This document shows positions 21,445 to 28,968 of a stretch of DNA of 28,968 nucleotides, piece by piece. The position numbers and the translations under genes are program-made. This DNA comes from Octopus sinensis (taxonomy: Eukaryota): NCBI RefSeq assembly GCF_006345805.1, contig NW_021836942.1, positions 1-28,968 on the forward strand, written 5' to 3'. Each line of letters begins with the position of its first letter. The first letter of the stretch is position 1. The notes beneath the pieces were generated by a model. That model was given only the letters and a program-made list of their open reading frames with translations, was not told the DNA's origin and made no database searches.

Positions 21445-22166
21445 CGTTGTGGTTGTCTTCGTCGCCATCGTCTCATCGCCGTCTCATCGTCGTGATCTTC
21501 GTCGTTGTCACCATCATCGTCGTCGTCATCATCATCGTCGTCATCATCGTCGTCATCAGAGTCGTCATCGCCGTCGTTGTCGTCATCAGCATCCTTGTTG
21601 TCATCGTTATCATCGTCGTCATCATCATCGCCGTCATCTTCATCATCGCCATCATCATCATCATCGACGTCATCGTCATCCATGTCATCATCATCATCGC
21701 CGTCATCATCATCTCTGTCATCATCAGTGTCGTCCTCGTTATCGAAGTCGTCATCATCGTAGTCATCATCATCGTAGTCATCATCATCGCTGTCATCATC
21801 ATCGCCGTCATCGTCATCCTAATGGTAATGGTGGTGGTGGTGGTGGTAGTGATGTTGATAGTGGTGGTCGTCATCATCATCATCGCTATCGTCTTTGTCA
21901 TTCAGAAGGAGGTGGTGGTGCTGCTGCTGCTGCTGTTGTTTTTGTTTATTGTGGTGGTGTGGTGGTGGTGGTGGTGGAGGAGGAGGAATGTGGCGATGGC
22001 GGTGGTGGCGGTAGTGGTGGCGGTAGTGGTGGCGGTAGTGGTGGCGGTAGTGGTGGCGGTAGTGGTGGCGGTGGTGGTTTTGTTGTTGGTGGTGGTGGTG
22101 GTGGTGGTGGCGGTAGTAGTAGCGGTGGTGGTGGCGGTGGTGGTGGTGGAAGTGGTGGTGGTGGTA
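21445..22166. repeat. Degenerate (CAT/CGT)n then (GGT/GGC)n trinucleotide tract
   Basis: Direct inspection; nearly all frames are open. Confidence 0.93.
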
Positions 22167-22317
22167 CGATATCAGGTGACGAACAAGGTCTAAACAACGA
22201 GTGTCACGTAGCAAGAATTCAGCTCTTGATCGTATGGAATTGCTAACGCAAGCACTCGAAATTTTATGTTCGCTTAGAACGCACACAGCATACACATGCG
22301 ACCCACACAACAACAAC

Positions 22318-22363
<46 letters not shown>

Positions 22364-22451
22364 TACACACACGCACACACAGATACACAGTCGCACTTTC
22401 TACATGATGTAGCTTCTTTACCAAGTAATGATTTGATGCAAAAATTGTGGA

Positions 22452-22594
22452 TGTAGCTTGCTTAACAACCACATGGTTCCGTGTTCAGTTCCACTGCGTG
22501 GTACCTTGGGCAAATGTCTTCTACTATAAGCCGCGAGCCGACTAAAGCCTTGTGAGTGGAATTGGTAGACGGAAACTGAAAGAAGCTCGTCGTA

Positions 22595-22633
<39 letters not shown>

Positions 22634-22762
22634 GTGTCTGTGTTTATCCCCACATCATCGGTTGATGACAACCGATGTTGATGTGTTTACGTCCCTGTAA
22701 CTTAGCGGTTCGGCAAAAGAGATCGATAGAATAAGTACTAAGCTTACAAAGAATAAGTCCTA
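22452..22762 (+). mobile_element. SINE family A, 3' truncated
   Basis: Family A match that ends after AAAGAATAAGTCC, next to (TAATA)n and the mariner. Confidence 0.85.
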
Positions 22763-22822
22763 GGGTCCTATTCTATATATATATATAATATAATATAATA
22801 TAATATAATATAATATAATATA

Positions 22823-24077
22823 TTAGGTTGTTTCACATGAAATGTCATATTTGAAAGGTAACAATAAAATGTTTCAGAAGTGTTAGAGAACTGATTTGTT
22901 TAATCAAAGTATGATCCATGTTCATTTATGACCTTTAATCAACGTTTTTATAGGTCATATATTTCATCTTTAAAAAAAAAATTCATCTTTTGCTGTGATA
23001 AATTGTCCGAATATTTTAATTGCTTCTTCTCTATTTAAGAATGTTTTATTGCTTATGAAAAGCTCAAAATGCTTAAATAAGTGATGATTAGTGGGAGAGA
23101 TATCAAGGGAATGGGGGGGGGTGCAAAATCTCATAATTCAGGCTTTGCAACTTTTGGACTACAGCTTGAGGAGTGTAAGGACGTACATTATCGTGGAGCA
23201 AAATTGGGCCATCTCTGTTCACTAGTCTGGGTTGTTTCTTTTTCAAATTCTCATGCGTACAATCAATTTCCTGACAATACAATGTTGCTGTTACTTGTTG
23301 CAAAAATGAATAATGAATAATGAATAACCCCCTTCACAGACCACCATACAGTGACCACTAACTTTTTAGGGTGCAATGATGGGTTTGAGTAGTGTTTAGG
23401 TAACTCTCCTGCATCTAATCACTGGCCTGTTCTCCTGCTGTTGTCAAAGAGTATCCATTTCTCATCACAAGTAATGATTTAATGCAAAAATAGTATTTTT
23501 CCAGTCGAGAAAGCATTAAGAAGCACACTTCGAGGCGTCTGTTTTGTTTTTTGTTTTGTTTTTTTTTAATCTCGTTCATTTGATGTGGAACAAGTCTATC
23601 TGTTTTCTGAACTTTCCCAATTTTTTACAGGTGTCCAAAAACAGTTGTGCGAGATGCTTGGAGTTCTGATCAAAGTTTTCGAACCTTTGTTCTTGGATTT
23701 TGTTCAACGAAGTCATTTAATCCATCATGCCGAAAAACTGATTTTGGCCTACCCCTCGGTTTATTTTCAAGGCTTTCATCTCCTGAACGAGAGCTTTGGA
23801 ACCATCTCTGAATAGTACTGATGTCAACAAAACCATTATCAAAGGCCCGTTTGATATTCCGTAGAGCTTCTGCGGCAGAGTGACCCAGTTTGTACTCATA
23901 CGAGAAAATCACTCAACATAGTTTGGTTGTTATCATTTTCATAAGGTCTATGGGTACGAATTTTGTATACCAATATTGTTAGGGAATGAAAAAGCGTCAA
24001 GATTAAATGCAAGGTATACATAATTGAGTTTTTAAATAAGTAATTTAAAATGCAACATTTCATGTGAAACAACCAAA
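22823..24077 (-). mobile_element. Full-length defective mariner transposon (~1.25 kb)
   Basis: TIRs TT(A/T)GGTTGTTTCACATGAAATGT with TA flanks at 22821-22 and 24078-79. Transposase relics: HTH region (YEYKLGHSAAEALRNI...WFQSSRSGDESLE..PRGRP) and catalytic region (LLHDNVRPY...EILHPPP); the ORF is broken. Confidence 0.93.
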
Positions 24078-24136
24078 TATAATAGCAAACAGAACTAAGC
24101 AAATAAATAAGTAAATAAAATGGCAATCCGACTTAC

Positions 24137-24271
24137 GTTCATCTGGATTTTCTTCCGATATTTGCCACGTTATACGAGGTATGGGATAACCATCGGACAG
24201 GCAAGTCATAACAGCGGTGTCATTTTCTTCGATTTCAAAACTTTCCGTTATATTAGTAATAACTGGTAAAT
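24137..24271 (-). CDS. Ig-superfamily protein, exon b (N-terminal half of Ig2); absent from the ORF track
   Basis: Acceptor TTTCTTCTAATATACAG; donor GTAAGT at 24136; 135 nt, phase 1-1. Spliced to exon a it reads (Y)LPVITNITESFEIEENDTAVMTCLSDGYPIPRITWQISEENPDE, a CxxxGxPxPxIxW I-set signature. Confidence 0.92.
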
Positions 24272-24553
24272 CTGTATATTAGAAGAAACCGTACTTAGTA
24301 AAAATCATAGGACAAAAATCATTTATATTTTATACTTCTAGGTTTTGTTTTTGCTTATTTTGTTTTTCTATGTTGTCTTCTTTCCGTGTTGTTTTTCGGG
24401 TTTGCTTTTTGTTTTTCCATTCGTTAATGTTTTTTTTTTTTTTTTTACACAAGTTTAAGCGGTAGTGTTGGTGTTAGTTGGGGAAGATAGTTGATTAATT
24501 AAATTGATGAACCGTATCAATGGTATACTGTTTCTAATAATATTTACCCTAAA

Positions 24554-24730
24554 GTCGACGAGCAGCCAGATTCGTTAGTACGCCGGAGGGAAATGCTTAG
24601 CGTTTGTACTTACCGAGTTCAAATTTCGTCGGGGGTCGACTTTGCTTCCATCCTTTCGGATTTCGATAAAATAAGAACTAATTGAGTACCGGGATCGATG
24701 TAATCGGCTTGGCCCCCAACCCCGGAAACA
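24554..24730 (+). mobile_element. SINE family C monomer
   Basis: GAGTTCAAATTTCGTCGGGGGTCGACTTTGC...GATGTAATCG matches the 14809 units. Confidence 0.78.
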
Positions 24731-24744
24731 AATTAAATTTATTA

Positions 24745-24895
24745 AAACCCCCAAAGAATTCCTCTCAACACATGACTATGATATTTCTCCACTACTCCTG
24801 CTCATGATCAGAGATGCACATATTGTCAGCCACTAAGTGGTTAAGGTCAAGCAACTGACAAGCAAATCTATAGTACTGAGCAGAGTATTTGCTAT
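24745..24895 (-). mobile_element. Family E fragment
   Basis: Homologous to 17000-17135. Confidence 0.72.
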
Positions 24896-25110
24896 AACGA
24901 TATTTCAGTTTCAGCAACTCAGCGCCCTATCTGTGTGAAATATAATGGAAAATAGGTCACTTTCAAAACAATGGTGTCCGGGTCACAAAAGCAAAGTTTG
25001 AAGGGAATAGTAGTCATTTCCTTTGATTTCTAGATAGAAGCAAAAAGGTCATAACACTTGATGACTAAAGAGAAACAAAAGTAAACACTTCAATTTTGTA
25101 ACACAGTATA

Positions 25111-25509
25111 GGCGTAGGAGTGGCTGTGTGGTAAGTAGCTTGCTTACGAACCACATAGTTCCAGGTTCTGTCCCACTGCGTGGTACCTTGGGCAAGTGTT
25201 TCCTACTATAGCCTCGGGCCGACCAAAGCCTTGTGAGTGGATTTGGTACACGGAAACTGAAAGAAGCCCGTCGTATATATGTATATATATATACGTGTGT
25301 GTATGTGTGTGTGTATATGTTTGTGTGTCTGTATTTGTCCCCCCAACATCGCTTGACAACCGATGCTGGTGTGTATACGTCCCCGTAACTTAGTGGTTCG
25401 GCAAAGGGGACCGATAGAATAAGTACTAGACTTACAAAGATTAAGTTCGGGGGTCAATTCGCGGTGCTCCAGCATGGCCATAGTCAAATGACTAAAATAA
25501 GTAAAAGAG
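25111..25509 (+). mobile_element. SINE family A
   Basis: Full head-to-tail match. Confidence 0.9.
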
Positions 25510-25721
25510 TGTTATTTTGCTGCGTTGCACCGATTCATTTACTACGAAAAGTCGTATATTGGGCCATTTTCGCGTTACGTACGTTGTTATAGGAACATAA
25601 ATTATGAAATATGTAAGTTGTATATCTTGAACATTTTCAAGAATTTGTATTAATTCATTTTTTACTCTGAAGATTCGCTACCCAGACTCGTATTAAATAT
25701 TGTTTTTCCTCTTAGAATGTA

Positions 25722-25883
25722 TCTTTTATCTGCTACTTGCTTCAGTCATTCGACTAGGGCCATGCTGGAGCATCGGTGTGGAGAATTTTTAGTGGAAAGA
25801 ATTGACCCCAGTACTTACTCTATCGGTCTCATTGCCGAACCGCTAGGCTACGGGAACAGTGTAGAAAACCACTCTGTGTGTGT

Positions 25884-25916
<33 letters not shown>

Positions 25917-26118
25917 TGTTGGTGCCCACCATTGCTTGGTTGGTAACCGGTGGTGGTTTGTTTACGTCCCCTATAACTTAGCGGTTCGGCAAAAAAACAA
26001 CAACATAATAAGTACCAGACTTACAAAACTAAGTACTAGGGGATGACATACTCGACTGAAACCCTTCAAGGTGTTCCACTATGGCTGCAATCCAATGACT
26101 GCCACAAGTAAAAGACAA
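25722..26118. mobile_element. Two diverging family A tail halves around a (TG)n tract
   Basis: 25722-25860 is a reverse-complement tail and 25920-26118 is a forward tail. Confidence 0.7.
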
Positions 26119-26176
26119 AATGTAAATCCAGCCGTAGTTAACATCTCCTTTCATACCCGACCTGCTCTACCTCATC

Positions 26177-26564
26177 AGTGGAGGCGCAATGGCCCAGTGG
26201 TTAGGGCAGCGGACTCGCGGTCATAGGATCGCGGTTTCGATTCCCAAACCGGGCGTTGTGAGTGTTTATTGAGCGAAAACACCTAAAGCTCCACGAGGCT
26301 CCGGCAGGGGGCGGTGGTGATCCCTGCTGTACTCTTTCACCACAACTTTCTCTCACTCTTACTTCCTGTTTCTGTTGTACCTTGTATTTCAAAGGGCCGG
26401 CCTTGTCACTCTCTGTGTCACGCTGAATATCCCCGAGAACTACGTTAAAGGTACACGTGTCTGTGGAGTGCTCAGCCACTTACACGTTAATTTCACGAGC
26501 AGGCTGTTCCGTTGATTCGGATCAACCGGAACCCTCGTCGTCGTAACCGACGGAGTGCTTCCAA
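26177..26564 (+). mobile_element. Young SINE, same subfamily as 18779
   Basis: Perfect 13-bp TSD GCTCTACCTCATC at 26164-26176 and 26565-26577. Confidence 0.94.
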
Positions 26565-26647
26565 GCTCTACCTCATCGCTAAAATTTAAGTACCAGTTCA
26601 TTAGAATTAGACATGCTCCAAACCAAAGTCAAAAAGAAATATCTTAC

Positions 26648-26825
26648 ATTGTATAACTAAGTCTATATCATTGAATACGTCATTTCCTTTCGAACATTTG
26701 TAGGGTCCTTCGTCTGTTAGTGTTAAGTTGGCAATCTTCAGATTTCCTTGGTTGTCTAATATGTATTTACTCCTCCTCTTCGTTTTTATTTCATTTCTAT
26801 CTGCTCTCAACCATTTGATTTGCGA
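26648..26825 (-). CDS. Ig-superfamily cell-surface protein, exon a (C-terminal half of Ig1)
   Basis: Acceptor TTTTTTTATCTGTTTCAG before 26825 (phase 0); donor GTAAG at 26647 (phase 1); 178 nt. Encodes SQIKWLRAD...GNLKIANLTLTDEGPYKC...DIDLVIQ with the Ig C-strand Trp and the DxGxYxC motif. Confidence 0.9.
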
Positions 26826-27099
26826 CTGAAACAGATAAAAAAAGACCACATATTCGTGAAAGTATTTATATTACAAAAATGAATGACCACCTAAGATTAG
26901 TGAGTTATTAGTTTGCGTCTACAAAATTTTAATTTAGTTTAATTTATCTACTTTGACTCTATCTCAGAGTAACAGGTTTTGTTGAATTTTCTGCTGCTTT
27001 AAATAAAGTATATATATATATATATTATATATATATATATATATATACATACATACATACATACATACATACATACACTACATACATACATACATACAT

Positions 27100-27232
27100 A
27101 CGACGGGCTTCTTTCACAATTTCCATTCACAAGCTTTGGTCGGCCCGTGGCTATAGTAACAGACACTTGCTGAAGGTGCCATGGAGTGTGAACTGACCCG
27201 GAAACATGGGGTTAGGAGCAAGTTTCTTAGCA
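27100..27232 (-). mobile_element. Degenerate family A head
   Basis: CGACGGGCTTCTTTC...CACAAG.CTTTGGTCGGCCC motifs. Confidence 0.65.
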
Positions 27233-27390
27233 TAAAACCTATTATATATTATATATATATATATAATATATATATATATGAATGAAATAATAAGGGTAAA
27301 AAATTGAATATCAATTTGATTAATATCAATTTAAAACCAGTGGTCTAGCATATAGAAAAATCTGAAGATTCAGAAAAATTATATTACATA

Positions 27391-27646
27391 CATATAAGTG
27401 TGATGACCACTAAGTGGACATCCATTATGCTAGAAGTCGCCCTCCCTATGGTCTTACCACTAAGTGGTAACAATGAAACCGGTTTGTGATTAATCTGTAT
27501 ATTTTGTATCTTTTCATTTGTCTTGCTTGCTTACGTTCTGGCATTTGCTAAATTTTCTTGAGACTATTCCTTTCTTAGTGGTAAGACCATAGGGGGTCGA
27601 CTTCCTGCATAATGAATGTCCACTTAGTGGTCATCCCTCTTATATG
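27391..27646. mobile_element. MITE with ~72 bp TIRs
   Basis: CATATAAG..GATGACCACTAAGTGGACAT..CTATGGTCTTACCACTAAG is mirrored at 27574-27646; TA-rich termini. Confidence 0.85.
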
Positions 27647-27687
27647 CATATATATATTTATATTTATATATATATATATATATATAT

Positions 27688-27860
27688 CTTTTACTTGTTT
27701 CGGTTATTGGATCGTGGCCGTGCTGGACCACTACCTTGTAGGATTTTAGGAGAACGAATCGACCCTGGTCCTTATTTTTCTTTTATAAATGGTATTGCTT
27801 CCATCGGTGCTTTTCCGAACCGCTTAATTAGGGGACGTTAACAAACCGACACAAGTTAAA
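27688..27860 (-). mobile_element. Degenerate family A tail
   Basis: CTTTTACTTGTTTC..GGCCGTGCTGGA..CGAACCGCT..GGGGACGT motifs. Confidence 0.6.
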
Positions 27861-27927
27861 TGATGATCAGGGTACAACACAAACACACAAAAATACCCAC
27901 GTAGATGTATACATACAATGATATATA

Positions 27928-27969
<42 letters not shown>

Positions 27970-28002
27970 ATATTATATATATAATATATATATATATAAT
28001 AT

Positions 28003-28409
28003 CTTTTACTTGTTTCAGTCATTTGACTACGGCCATGCTGGAGCACCGCCTTTAGTCGAACAAATCGAGCCCGGGACATATTCTTTGTAAGCCCAGTACT
28101 TATTCTATCGCTCTCTTTTGCCAAACGGCTAAGTGACGGCGACGTAACACACCAGCATCGGTTGTCAACACAGACACACACAAACATACACACAAATGTG
28201 TATGTATATATATATATATATATATATATCTATATATATACATATATACGACGGGCTTCTTTCAGTTTCCGTCTACCAAATCCACTCACAAGACTTTGGT
28301 CGGCCCGAGGCTACAGTAGAAGACACTTGGCCAAGATGCCACGCAATGGGTCTGAACCCAGAACCATGTGGTTGGTAAGCAAGCTACTTACCACACAGCC
28401 ACTCCTGCG
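28003..28409 (-). mobile_element. SINE family A
   Basis: Full reverse-complement match. Confidence 0.9.
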
Positions 28410-28474
28410 TCTATATATATATATATATACACACATATATGTGCATAAACGCATACACGTGTGTGTGTGTGTGT

Positions 28475-28511
<37 letters not shown>

Positions 28512-28529
28512 GTGTGTGGTGTGAGTATA

Positions 28530-28680
28530 CGACGGTTTTCTTTCGAATTCCGTCTACCAAATTCACTCATTACTAAGCAGGGGTGAAACCGATCCTATAT
28601 TAGAAAACACTTGGTCACAGTGACACGAAGTGAGGCTGAAATTGAAACCATGTGCTTGAAAAGCGAACTTGTCACGCGTT
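28530..28680 (-). mobile_element. Degenerate family A head
   Basis: CGACGG..TTCTTTC..TTCCGTCTACCAAATTCACTCA motif. Confidence 0.55.
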
Positions 28681-28968
28681 TGTGCATGTGTTGTGTGTTG
28701 CATGTTTGTGTGAATGGGTTATGTACTTTCGTGTGTGCGTCTGTGTGTGCGAGCGTATGTGTACGTACGTGTGTGTGTGTGTGTGTATTACGTATGTATT
28801 CTAGTTGCTCTTAATTAAAAAAACAAAGGTGACCTCGTTCATTTAAGTACTTGGTGCATTGTAAAATGCAGAGTTACATGATTTATTCTTAGAATTTATC
28901 TCTCTATGATGTGCACGCCGTTTCTACCTCATGGTGCGTCGTCAGGGAAAGATAATTGTGTTCCTCTC

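Noticed and set aside
21348-22472. Long His/Gly/Val/Pro-rich ORFs (up to 265 aa)
   Set aside because: Trinucleotide repeats that lack stops in most frames; no splice signals linking them to the gene.
23103-23912. Active or domesticated transposase
   Set aside because: The coding region is split by stops and frameshifts and catalytic-region motifs are altered.
28895-28950. Minus-strand CTGACGA...GAAACG hammerhead-like motif
   Set aside because: Stem II does not close next to the core and there is no valid NUH or stem I; at best a decayed relic.
28800-28968. Missing N-terminal half of Ig1
   Set aside because: No frame with a B-strand Cys and a convincing phase-0 donor; the exon is probably upstream of the window.

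Overview
AT-rich, microsatellite-dense eukaryotic DNA; repeat content suggests an octopus or other coleoid cephalopod (inference). One protein-coding gene crosses the whole window on the minus strand. Five exons have canonical splice sites and matching phases (26825-26648, 24271-24137, 16143-16000, 4821-4522, 307-191). They join into about 291 aa: the second half of Ig1, all of Ig2, all of Ig3 and a Thr/Pro-rich stalk, resembling lachesin/DIP/IgLON three-Ig adhesion molecules. Both gene ends lie outside the window. The introns hold several tRNA-derived SINE families, a full-length dead mariner, MITEs, a non-autonomous Helitron, RTE-like and HERO-like LINE 3' ends, and Penelope-like fragments. 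The most notable observations: (1) an apparently intact type I hammerhead ribozyme on the transcribed strand of the intron before the stalk exon (696-766); (2) a three-copy alternating-orientation repeat with an aligned ATG and donor-like site (6380-7352); (3) a 26-bp minisatellite derived from the interior of a SINE; (4) SINE head/core/tail shuffling.
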